DNA of 64,000 nucleotides from Deltaproteobacteria bacterium (GTDB lineage Bacteria; Myxococcota_A; UBA796; UBA9615): NCBI GenBank assembly GCA_023954745.1, contig JAGSHC010000001.1, forward strand, positions 14,356 through 78,355. Direction: 5' to 3'. Shown here piece by piece: positions 41,975 to 50,679 of this stretch. Positions within the stretch are counted from its first letter, which is position 1, and each line of letters starts with the position of its first letter. The position numbers were made by a program, and so were the translations under genes. The notes under the pieces are model-generated. The model was given only the letters and a program-made list of their open reading frames with translations, had not been told where the DNA came from and did not search any database.

Positions 41975-43588
41975 CTACTTCTTCTTCTTCTTCTTCTTCG
42001 AGCTGCTGGAACTGCTGGAGCCGCTCCCCGTGCTGCTCGAAGACGAGCCGCTCCCCTTGCTGCTCGAGGACGAGCTGCTTCCCTTGCTGGAGCTGCCGGA
42101 GCTGCTCGAACTGGAGGAGCTCGAGGAGCCGGTGGCCTTGCTGCTCGTCTGGTTCGAGGTGGTCGACGTTGTGCCCCCTGCAAGGGGGATGTTGATGGGC
42201 ACCGTGATGGGTCCGTAGCCGGGGTCGATGGAGATCTCACCCATGAGCCGAAGCCCTGTGAAGTCGGGCTTGGCGCCCGTCGCGGCGGCGGACAAGAGGT
42301 TCGTGCCGAGCTTGTCCCAGTTGAACTCGCTCATGAGCTGAAGCTCTGAGCTGCCCTGGGCGCCGATGCTCAGGTGCTGCTGCTTCGTGCTGCCGAGGTT
42401 TGCCCCCATGACCCCGGGGGCGGCGACGCCGATCAGCGCCACCGGCGTGCCGTCGGCCGCGACGATGCCGAGCTTGAACGAGGGCGCGGTCACTGCGAAC
42501 TCGTTGGGGTTCTCGATGTTGAACGGCGTCGAGATGCGGATGCCCTGGGGCAGAGCCGTGGGGATCACGAGGTTCCCGATGGTGGGGTTGTTCTTGAAGT
42601 CGACCCAGCCGGCCTGGAAGTCGTTGATCTTCTTGGCGGCCTTGGGGTCGAGAGTCCCGAGCAGGGTGGTCAGCTTCGGAAGGTCCACCGGAACCTGAAC
42701 CGAGTTGTTCTTGCTGCCGATGGTGGACTTCCCGTTGAGCTGCAGCACGCCGTTGATGGCGGTGAGGGCAGCGCTGGTCAGGTTGCTCGGCACGCCGATG
42801 CGCTCGAGCAGCTCCCCCACGGGGATGTCCACCTTCTGGTTCACGGCGGCGTTCTCGAACTGCTCGAGGAACGCGGCCAAGGGCTCGACCTTGCTGGTCA
42901 ACTCGCCAATGAGGTTGTCCACGTTGGCCGTCTCGGACGTACCCACGAGGGCGACCTCGGGCTTCGCGCCCTCCTTGCCCTTGATCTTGGGGAACTTGGG
43001 GAGCCGCAGGTTGCCTTCGTGGGCGAAGGTCAGCTTCGCCTTGCCGAGTCCCTCCCCAGCGCTCCCCTCGAGGGCCTGGAGCCCGGTGGAGAGCAAGCCT
43101 TCGCCTGCCTTCTTCGCTTCGTCGGAGACCACCTCCGCCCCGGGAATCTGCCCGAGGATGTCGATGATCTCCTTGGGCACGTCCACATTGGCATCGGCAG
43201 TGAACGCGATGGTGGCGTCCTTCCCGAACGCCTTCCCGACGCCGTCTTCGCTTAGGTCCACGCGGAAGTCGTACTTGATGGTCTTCGCGGTGCCAGCGGC
43301 CACGTCGAAGCCCTTCTTCGTTCCCGTGCTGGCCACGTTGGAGCCATCGATCTGGAGGCCGAAGTCATGGCCAGGAACCTTGAGCTTGATGCCGGTGGGG
43401 TTCTTGACCTTGAAGTTGAAGCCGACGTCGAGCTCCACCTTCTGAGAGCCAGGCTCCTTCTGCACGGTCCTCACGGTCATGCCCGCGAAGGCCGCGGAGG
43501 GGATCTTGCCGGTCATGCACCCCGAGCTGAGGCCGAGGGGAAGGACGAGCGCGCAGAGAAGCAGCGCGCGAGCGAAGCGTTGGGTCAT
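41975..43588 (-). CDS. LEA_2/WHy-like lipoprotein with Ser-rich, poly-Lys tail
   Basis: LSSG-C lipobox; FKVKNPTGIKLKV and FNIENPNEFAV (LEA_2 'NPN' strands); ends SSSSSSKKKKKKK. Confidence 0.65.
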   Translation of the reverse strand: MTQRFARALLLCALVLPLGLSSGCMTGKIPSAAFAGMTVRTVQKEPGSQKVELDVGFNFKVKNPTGIKLKVPGHDFGLQIDGSNVASTGTKKGFDVAAGTAKTIKYDFRVDLSEDGVGKAFGKDATIAFTADANVDVPKEIIDILGQIPGAEVVSDEAKKAGEGLLSTGLQALEGSAGEGLGKAKLTFAHEGNLRLPKFPKIKGKEGAKPEVALVGTSETANVDNLIGELTSKVEPLAAFLEQFENAAVNQKVDIPVGELLERIGVPSNLTSAALTAINGVLQLNGKSTIGSKNNSVQVPVDLPKLTTLLGTLDPKAAKKINDFQAGWVDFKNNPTIGNLVIPTALPQGIRISTPFNIENPNEFAVTAPSFKLGIVAADGTPVALIGVAAPGVMGANLGSTKQQHLSIGAQGSSELQLMSEFNWDKLGTNLLSAAATGAKPDFTGLRLMGEISIDPGYGPITVPINIPLAGGTTSTTSNQTSSKATGSSSSSSSSSSGSSSKGSSSSSSSKGSGSSSSSTGSGSSSSSSSKKKKKKK

Positions 43589-43631
43589 GGGATGGGCTCC
43601 TCGGGGCTGCGGATGACCGCGCCCCACGTGT

Positions 43632-46067
43632 CTAGATGCGTCGCGTGACAGGGACCCAGAGGATCCCGAAGTCGCGCAGGTCGATGTCGTTCTTCTCGAG
43701 GGTGACCTGGCGCTCCTCGATCTCCTCGAGGGCCTCGCCGTGCTTCTCCTCGAGCTCCTCGGTGGCCTCCTCGAGCTCCTCGGCGAGCTCTTCCAGCTGC
43801 TCCTGGTAGGTCTCCAGGTCGTCCTCGGCGGCGTCGATCCGTCGCGCGGTGTTGGCCGCCGTCTTTCGCTTGGTGAGCACCGAGCCCATGGAGCGCTTGC
43901 GCCCTACGAAGAAGCTCAGGACGACCTCGCCGATGTTCACCACCTCGGCGGCCTTCTCGGCCTTGGCCTTGCCCTCCAGCTGGTCGATCTGGTTCTCCTT
44001 CTTCCGCACCTTCTCCTCGATGCGTTTCACCTTCGTCTCGTAGCTGCCGTGCAGCTTCCCGAGGGCCGCGTCGACCTTGTCCTCGACGGCCTCTCGGCAG
44101 CGGGCCTCGAACGCTTCGCGGGTCTCGTTGGTCTTGCCGTGCAGCTTCAAGGGCGCGCAGACCCACTGGCCGCGGGTCTCTTCCCGGTAGATCCGGTCGA
44201 CGACGTCGCGCTTCGCGGCCGTGAACTCCTTGCTCTCGTCGAGCCAGGTCGGGAGGGGGTGGAAGCGTCCCGAGGGCGCATCCTGAAGAAGGTCGCGATC
44301 GTCGAGAGGCACCGAGATCGGCTCATCGGGAAGAGAGCGGCCGTCCAGGGGCAGCCACACCATGTGATGGTCCTCGTCCAGCGAGTACCCGTGACGCTCT
44401 TCGTCGAAGCGAAGCCGCACGTTGGCGTACACCGCCGGCGCGTACTCCACAGCGCCGTCGCCCCGGGCCGCCCGGGCGTACCGATCGAAGGCGCCCTCCA
44501 TGCGGGCCGAGAATGCGGAGCGGGGGTCGAGGAAGTAGCTGTTGGTTCCACGTGGAGCAGGCGGCGCCATTCCGGAGAGGCCGTCGTCCATCGTCGGCGC
44601 GGGCGTGGCTGCCGGCGCTGACGTGGCGATCGCCGCCGGGGTGCTCGTGGACGCCACAGCAAGCGCGGCCGTCGAGGCTGGCGGCGTCTCCAGGTTGGGG
44701 AGTCGCTCGATCTCGTGCCGCGTGATCGGGCCCCGCAGGTAGCTCATCACCCATCGGGTGTTGAACAGCGTGGGCTTGTCGTCCTTGACGTCACGAAGCA
44801 GGAACTGGCGCGGCTTCATCTTCCCGATGAGCCCCACGACGTCGTCGCTGGCAGCCCCCGCAGTGCGCATGCCTTCGCTCACGCGCTTGATGTCCTGCTG
44901 GGTCGAGAGGCGACCCAGGAACCAGGTGCCCGCGTTGGTCAGGCCCTTGTAGTCGAGGTCCACGGGGTTCTGGGTGGAGAGCAGCACGCCCACTCCCACC
45001 GCGCGGGCCTGCTTCATCAGGGTCAGGAGCGGCTTCTTCGTTGGCGGGTTCGCCGGATGAGGTGGCATGAAGCCGTAGGCCTCATCGAGGAAGATCAACG
45101 CACGCAGCGAGCTCGTTCCCGACTGGGAGCGAGACCAGGCCACGATCCGCTCGAGCAGGAGCGACGTGAAGAACATGCGCTCACTGTCGGTGAGGTGCGC
45201 CATGTAGAAGACAGAGACCGGAACCCGGCCGTCGGTCGTGTCCGTGAGCGCGACGGGGTCGATGCGCGCGCCCTTGGTCCAGGCCTGGAAGCTCGGGGCG
45301 GCGATGACGCCGTTGAGCTTCATGGCGAGGTCCATGCGGTCATCGGGGCTCCAGAACCGGTCCAGTGGGAAGACCCCCACCTTCTTGAAGGGCGGGTCCA
45401 CGATCTGGAGGATGAGCTTCTCGGGGTCGAGATCCTCCCCCTGCATCCAGGCGGTCTCGATGATCTGGGACACGACGAGGTGCTCGGGGGAGCGCACGGG
45501 GTCCGCGTTCACGCCGATGAGGGACAACAGTCCAGAGACCGTCCCAGTGATCAGCTCGCGGCGGGAGTCCCCGTCCTCCAGGGTCTCCTGGGCCGGACGA
45601 CCGAGGGCGCCGAGCACGTTGACCGGCAGACCGGCCTCGGAGCCGGGAGTGAAGAGGCTGAGGCGCATCTTGTCGCGCAGCGACGCCATGGTGTCCGGTC
45701 CCAGGTCGTATCCAGCGAGGCCGCCCTTCCACATGTCGGCGGTCTTCGTGCCGAGCTCTTCGGTGGAGAGTCCCTTGCGCCGGGCCTCCGCGTCGTCCAC
45801 CCAGGGAGAGAAGTCTGAGCCTCGCAGCTCCGGGAAGACGAGGGCGAGGTTGGCCAGGTCGCCCTTTGGGTCGATGCAGATGACCGGAACGCCTTCGAGG
45901 ACCAGCTCTTCGATGAGTCCGACGCTGAGCCCGGTCTTGCCCGAGCCGGTCATGCCGATGCAGACCCCGTGGCGCACGAAGCGATCGGTTTTGTACTCGA
46001 ATCGATCGTCGGTGACCGACTGATCGTCGGTGCTGACCTTGCGGCCCAAATACAGCTTTCCGGACAT
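43632..46067 (-). CDS. HerA/FtsK-like (DUF87) ATPase with C-terminal coiled coil
   Basis: RHGVCIGMTGSGKTGL, IDPKGD, IFLDEAYGF, KQARAVGVG, STQNPVDLDYK. GGAGG SD before ATG 46067. Confidence 0.9.
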   Translation of the reverse strand: MSGKLYLGRKVSTDDQSVTDDRFEYKTDRFVRHGVCIGMTGSGKTGLSVGLIEELVLEGVPVICIDPKGDLANLALVFPELRGSDFSPWVDDAEARRKGLSTEELGTKTADMWKGGLAGYDLGPDTMASLRDKMRLSLFTPGSEAGLPVNVLGALGRPAQETLEDGDSRRELITGTVSGLLSLIGVNADPVRSPEHLVVSQIIETAWMQGEDLDPEKLILQIVDPPFKKVGVFPLDRFWSPDDRMDLAMKLNGVIAAPSFQAWTKGARIDPVALTDTTDGRVPVSVFYMAHLTDSERMFFTSLLLERIVAWSRSQSGTSSLRALIFLDEAYGFMPPHPANPPTKKPLLTLMKQARAVGVGVLLSTQNPVDLDYKGLTNAGTWFLGRLSTQQDIKRVSEGMRTAGAASDDVVGLIGKMKPRQFLLRDVKDDKPTLFNTRWVMSYLRGPITRHEIERLPNLETPPASTAALAVASTSTPAAIATSAPAATPAPTMDDGLSGMAPPAPRGTNSYFLDPRSAFSARMEGAFDRYARAARGDGAVEYAPAVYANVRLRFDEERHGYSLDEDHHMVWLPLDGRSLPDEPISVPLDDRDLLQDAPSGRFHPLPTWLDESKEFTAAKRDVVDRIYREETRGQWVCAPLKLHGKTNETREAFEARCREAVEDKVDAALGKLHGSYETKVKRIEEKVRKKENQIDQLEGKAKAEKAAEVVNIGEVVLSFFVGRKRSMGSVLTKRKTAANTARRIDAAEDDLETYQEQLEELAEELEEATEELEEKHGEALEEIEERQVTLEKNDIDLRDFGILWVPVTRRI

Positions 46068-46280
46068 GCGAAAACCCTCCCATGGTGGGGCGGATCGTAG
46101 AGGAGGCACGAGGATGTGGGGCTGGTGCTGAAAAGGACGGCCGGACCCGCAAGAGGGGATCTGTTGGGGGCCGGGTCCGACCGTCTTCTCTTCAGGAGGG
46201 GCGACCCCATCCCAGGATTGGGATGGGGCCTCCCGGGCCACCGAGTGGGGCGACACGGTGGCTTTTCTTGATGCTTCTTC

Positions 46281-46742
46281 TCAGCCTCCCAGCGCCTTGA
46301 GCGCGGGAACTGCGGCGAGAACCTTCTCCAGGAGGCCATCGCCGGCCTTGTCCTGGACGAACTTGAGGAAGAGCTGGATGAAGGGGCCGGCCTGTTCCTT
46401 GTCGAGCCCGCTCGCGGCGAGCTGCATGACCGCGGCCAGCATGGGGTTGTCCCCGAGACCGCCGCCGAGGGCGCCGCCGAGCATGCCGCCCAGACCGCCG
46501 CCTCCTGGGTCTCCGCCACCGAGGGCGCCTCCGAGCATGCCGCCCAGGGCGCCTCCGAGGCCGCCGCCGTCATCGCCGCCGCCGAGGAGCTCCGCTGCGC
46601 CGGGGAGCGCGCTTGTCAGGGAGCCGAAGTCTCCGCCGTCCATGCCGTCCTGGAGCATGCCGAGGACACCCTTCGTTGCAGCGTTGCCGGTGTCTTCCGA
46701 CACTCCGAGCTGCGAGGCGGCCAGCTTGATGAACTCCTGCAT
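46281..46742 (-). CDS. Gly-rich helical protein (DUF2780/DUF937-like)
   Basis: ASQLGVSE...ALPGAAELL, GGLGGMLGGALGGG repeats, GLDKEQAGPFIQLFLKFV. AGGAG SD. Confidence 0.65.
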   Translation of the reverse strand: MQEFIKLAASQLGVSEDTGNAATKGVLGMLQDGMDGGDFGSLTSALPGAAELLGGGDDGGGLGGALGGMLGGALGGGDPGGGGLGGMLGGALGGGLGDNPMLAAVMQLAASGLDKEQAGPFIQLFLKFVQDKAGDGLLEKVLAAVPALKALGG

Positions 46743-46789
46743 CAGTCACTCCTGGGGTGCATTGCGTTGCACCGATGCCCAAACCTTTC

Positions 46790-46805
46790 GCAACCCCCGT
46801 GCCAA
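46790..46805 (-). promoter_or_regulatory. sigma54 (-24/-12) promoter
   Basis: Minus strand TTGGCACGGGGGTTGC (GG-N10-GC). Confidence 0.75.
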
Positions 46806-46981
46806 CTTGGAAAGTGCCCCGTCTTTGGGGTCTCGACGGGTGAAGCGTCGGCAGAACGGGTCAGGCGCGACCCGAAATGGCCATCGAGGGCGGTCCGAGT
46901 GGGTCACCGGTGGTCCACCCTCGTCATGCCGCTGCCCGGGAGGCACTGAGGGCGCGCAATCTCCGACCCGATTTCCCGGTC

Positions 46982-46997
46982 CGGCATGCGGCTTGCT
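46982..46997 (+). promoter_or_regulatory. sigma54 (-24/-12) promoter
   Basis: CGGCATGCGGCTTGCT (GG-N10-GC), about 60 nt before ATG 47059. Confidence 0.6.
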
Positions 46998-47058
46998 GAC
47001 ACTCCTCGCGGCCGGCAGCATGCTCCGGTCCGGGTACATGCACCCAAGGAGACCAAGG

Positions 47059-49521
47059 ATGTCCGCTCGCACCTACCTTCTCGCCCTCGTCGCTGGCGCC
47101 GCGCTAGTGATTCCTACGGCCGCTGACGCAAAGGTCCCCACGAAGTCGGAGATCGACACCGCAGTCATGGCCCTCCCGGATGACGCGAAGACGGGGATCA
47201 CCGAGGCCTCCGATCGCCTCACCGCCGCGCAGGCTCAGCTTGAGAACGAGAAAGCCGCTCTGGCTGCCGCGAAGCTACGGCAGGACGCGGAGAAGCTCCG
47301 CCTCAACCAGGGGGAAGGTGAACTGAAGGCCGTCGACGCGGAGTCCCAGGCCGCGGAGCTCGTGGGCGCGACGTCGGAGCTCGAGGCCCTGGCGGTCCAG
47401 CGTGCCCGGGCGACCGCGGACATCGAGTGGCGCAAGTCGCGCATCGACGCCAACCGCCTGGAGATTCAGTACCGGAACTCCCTGGTGAGCACGGCAAAGC
47501 AGCGGGTTTCCCAGCGCGAGGCGGCTGTTGAGCGGGAGAAGCTCGAGGCGATGGCCAACATCGTGGGTTCCGATCCCGACGTGGGGAAGGCTGCGGGCAA
47601 GGCCTTCCAGGTCGCCGCCCGCAAGCGCAAAGCCACCGCGAAGGCCGAGAAGAACAGCGCGAAGGTCGAGAAGAAGTGGGAGCGCGCGCTGCGCGTGGCG
47701 GACAAGCAGCAGCCCAAGGAAACCAGTGATCAGCTGAAGGCCGCCTACGACGCCGCGGGCGTCGAAAAGGACGCGCAGGTCGCCGAGGCCCGCAAGCAGG
47801 TGGAGGTCGAGCGCGAGCAAGTCGCCGAGCTGCAGTCGAAGATCGCCGAGCTGCAGTCGGGACAGGCAGCTCGGGTTGAAGAACTCGAGGAGAAGACCAG
47901 CTCCGTCAACGCCGAGAACGCCGCGCGCCTCGACGAGCTGGACGCGCAGCTGAGCAAGGAGCGAGCTGCTCACGAGGAAGAGCTGGCCAAGGTGCGAGAG
48001 GAGATGGCCAAGGATGCTTCGACGGGCGCGGCCAAGGAGATCGCGGCGCTCCAGTCGGATCTGAAGGCAGCGCGAGAGAAGCAATCGGCCCTCGCATCGG
48101 AGCGGGACTCCACCGCCAAGGAGCGGGACGAGAGTCTTCGGGAGGTGGCGGAGCTCGAGGCAGACCTGGAGAGCTCGAAGAGCGCCGGTGACGCCGACGC
48201 CGAGGAGTGGAAGGCGAGGGCTGAGGGGGCGGAGCGCGAGAAGAAGGCGGCGATCGCCGCCGCCACCGAGGAGCGGGACACCGCCGCGGGCGAGCGGGAT
48301 CGCCTCAAGGATCGGGTCGCCGAGCTCGAGTCATCTCTCGCGGAGGCGGAGAAGGCCGCCGCGGAGGCGGGGGGTGAGGACAAGGAGGACCTCCTGGCTC
48401 TCGTCGCGACCCTGAGGCGTCAATTGTCCTCGCAGAAGGCCAGCGCGGAGGAGCAGACCGATCTCCTCCAGCGGCAGATCACCAGCGCCGAGCGCAAGCA
48501 CGAGTCCCGCATGGAGGAACTCGCGGCCGCGCTCGAGGATGCCCGTGACGACGCCGATGGCTTGGCAACGGTGGCGGTGGACGCGGAGCGTGATCGCGAC
48601 AGTGTCATGGCGGAGCTGGAACGCACGAAGTCCCAGCGCGACGAGGAGTCCGCCCAGGTCACCAAGCTCGAGAGCAAGCTGGCAGCCCAGAAGGGCGAGT
48701 TTGAGCGGCGCATCGACGAGCTCAAGGGGGCCGTCGAGGGTGCGGACGCTGCGAACGCCGAGCTGAAGGCAGTTCAGGCAGAACTCGACTCGGCCAACGC
48801 CGAGTTGGCGGCCGCGACCGAGGAGGCGAAGGCCGCGCGCGGGGCGGCGCAGGAGGCCCAGGCATCCCTCGCGGAGCTCACCAGCAAGGTCGGATCCCTC
48901 GAAGCGTCGGTCGAGAAGGAGATGTCCGCGAAGGAAGCCGCGGCGGACGAAGCTGCTGCGAAGGCGGAACAGGCCGCCCTCACCCTCACGGAGGTGAAGG
49001 ACGCCAACGCCGAGCTGTCGGCGGAGGTGGAGATGCTCCAGGCCCAGGTCGGGGCGGCGGAGGATCGCCGGGGCAAGGAGATCGCGGAGGCCGTCTCGGC
49101 AGCGCGCGCCGAGCAGGCGGGAGACGACGAGCTGCGGGCAGAGATCGAGCTGAGCCTCGCCGCTGCCGAGGCGCGGTCGTCCGAACTCGAGTCCGATCTG
49201 CAGTCCATGACCCTATCCAGCCAGGCGATGGAGCGGGAGATCGCGCAGCTGCAGGACGACCTGGACGCCAACTCCCTTGCCGAGGGCGAGTCGAACGCGA
49301 AGATCGGTGACCTGGCCAAGAAGCTGACTGAGGCTGAGCAGCAGAGCAAGGCACGCATCGCCTGGCTCCAGGCGGAGCTCAGCTCCTCGCGCAACTACGT
49401 GGGCGCGCTGCGCGACAAGCTCGCTCAGCTCGAGGAGGGCCAGCGTGAGCGCGATCGCTCCATCGCCCGCCTGAAGGCCGAGAACAAGGCCCTCTGGGGC
49501 CGCATCGACGGCGAGAAGTAG
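47059..49521 (+). CDS. Exported long coiled-coil protein (about 820 aa)
   Basis: MSARTYLLALVAGAALVIPTAADA signal peptide; continuous A/E/K/L heptads to the C-terminus. AAGGAG SD. Confidence 0.85.
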   Translation: MSARTYLLALVAGAALVIPTAADAKVPTKSEIDTAVMALPDDAKTGITEASDRLTAAQAQLENEKAALAAAKLRQDAEKLRLNQGEGELKAVDAESQAAELVGATSELEALAVQRARATADIEWRKSRIDANRLEIQYRNSLVSTAKQRVSQREAAVEREKLEAMANIVGSDPDVGKAAGKAFQVAARKRKATAKAEKNSAKVEKKWERALRVADKQQPKETSDQLKAAYDAAGVEKDAQVAEARKQVEVEREQVAELQSKIAELQSGQAARVEELEEKTSSVNAENAARLDELDAQLSKERAAHEEELAKVREEMAKDASTGAAKEIAALQSDLKAAREKQSALASERDSTAKERDESLREVAELEADLESSKSAGDADAEEWKARAEGAEREKKAAIAAATEERDTAAGERDRLKDRVAELESSLAEAEKAAAEAGGEDKEDLLALVATLRRQLSSQKASAEEQTDLLQRQITSAERKHESRMEELAAALEDARDDADGLATVAVDAERDRDSVMAELERTKSQRDEESAQVTKLESKLAAQKGEFERRIDELKGAVEGADAANAELKAVQAELDSANAELAAATEEAKAARGAAQEAQASLAELTSKVGSLEASVEKEMSAKEAAADEAAAKAEQAALTLTEVKDANAELSAEVEMLQAQVGAAEDRRGKEIAEAVSAARAEQAGDDELRAEIELSLAAAEARSSELESDLQSMTLSSQAMEREIAQLQDDLDANSLAEGESNAKIGDLAKKLTEAEQQSKARIAWLQAELSSSRNYVGALRDKLAQLEEGQRERDRSIARLKAENKALWGRIDGEK

Positions 49522-49539
49522 GCCGGCGAGCCCTCGGTC

Positions 49540-50679
49540 TCAGGCCGTCTCGAGGATCCGGATGGCTTCCACGAGGAGCCACTGGATTCGCGCGTCGCCC
49601 GGCTGCACTTCGGCCGCGAGGCGCAGCAGCTCCATTCCGTCGAGTCGTGCGGTCTCCGAGCTCTGGGGGTCGAGCACGTCGACCCATCCCAGCCCGGCCA
49701 TCGCGGAAGGAGCGGTGCGCGGGTCGCGTCGCCCCCGCTGGAACCAGCGCCGGGCCTCCGCGTAGTTCACCTCGTCCATCGCCACCCAGCCCATGCGGAG
49801 GGCCTGTTGGCCCGAGGTGCCCTGGGGCAGCTTCGGGACCCCGCCTCCGGCCTTGAGCCGGTCGGCCGCGTTCTGGACTCGCTCGAGGAGACGCCGGCCC
49901 AGAGCGCGCGCCTCGTCGGTGACGTCGTCGCGCCCCGCGAGGCTGCGGTATCGGTGCTGCATGCGCGCCGAGGCCGCGGCCAGTTGCTCCTCGGTGAAGC
50001 CGGGGCGCAGTCCAAGCACTGCATAGTCGTCCGACTCCTCGAAGAGACTCCACTCCCGCTCCAGACGGCGAGTGACCTCGACTGCCGGGTCGGGGACGGT
50101 GAGTTCGAGAGAAGGCTGACTCCAGCCCGGGAACGAGGCTTCTTCTTCGGGCAGGCTCGGGACCTGCTCGATGCGGATGAACTGCAGTGCAACGAGGGCG
50201 GCGAGGTCATCGGCGACCACGCCGACTCCAATGCCCTCTGCCCGGAGGCCGTCTTCGAGGGTGAGCCCCGTGCGCAGGACCTGCGCGAGCAGCCCTCGAG
50301 TGACCCCGGGGAGGGGCAGGCGGTGCCGAGCCCGGGTGAAGTGCTCGCCCTCGGAGATCAAGACGCGGGTGCGGCCCCGGAACGCCCGTGGATTGGAGAC
50401 CAGGCGCGCGGCCTCGATCAGCAGCCCGCCGATGGGCACCGAGAGGCCGGCGTGTTCCACTTCGCCTTCACGAAAGCTCAACCCCGGGGCGCAGAGGGCA
50501 GCCACCAGATGATCAGGGGCGTCCTGCATTGTGGCCTCGCCAGCGACCAGCGTGATGGGATCACAGATCGGGGAGTGCACCACGCCCGTCGAGCGGGCGG
50601 CCCAGCGGGCGGCCACAGTCCGCAATGCGCTCACGTGCACCTTCGCGCTGACCGGGAGGAGCCGCGCCGGGTCGATCAA
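49540..50679 (-). CDS. Hypothetical protein with degenerate J-domain and TPR
   Basis: DYAVLGLRPGFTEEQLAAA J-like helices with no HPD; C-terminal TPR-like helices. TTGA overlap with the aldolase. Confidence 0.6.
   Translation of the reverse strand: MIDPARLLPVSAKVHVSALRTVAARWAARSTGVVHSPICDPITLVAGEATMQDAPDHLVAALCAPGLSFREGEVEHAGLSVPIGGLLIEAARLVSNPRAFRGRTRVLISEGEHFTRARHRLPLPGVTRGLLAQVLRTGLTLEDGLRAEGIGVGVVADDLAALVALQFIRIEQVPSLPEEEASFPGWSQPSLELTVPDPAVEVTRRLEREWSLFEESDDYAVLGLRPGFTEEQLAAASARMQHRYRSLAGRDDVTDEARALGRRLLERVQNAADRLKAGGGVPKLPQGTSGQQALRMGWVAMDEVNYAEARRWFQRGRRDPRTAPSAMAGLGWVDVLDPQSSETARLDGMELLRLAAEVQPGDARIQWLLVEAIRILETA

Noticed and set aside
46258..47058. 267-aa N-terminal extension of the coiled-coil ORF
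   Set aside because: It is antisense to the Gly-rich gene; an SD and signal peptide mark ATG 47059.
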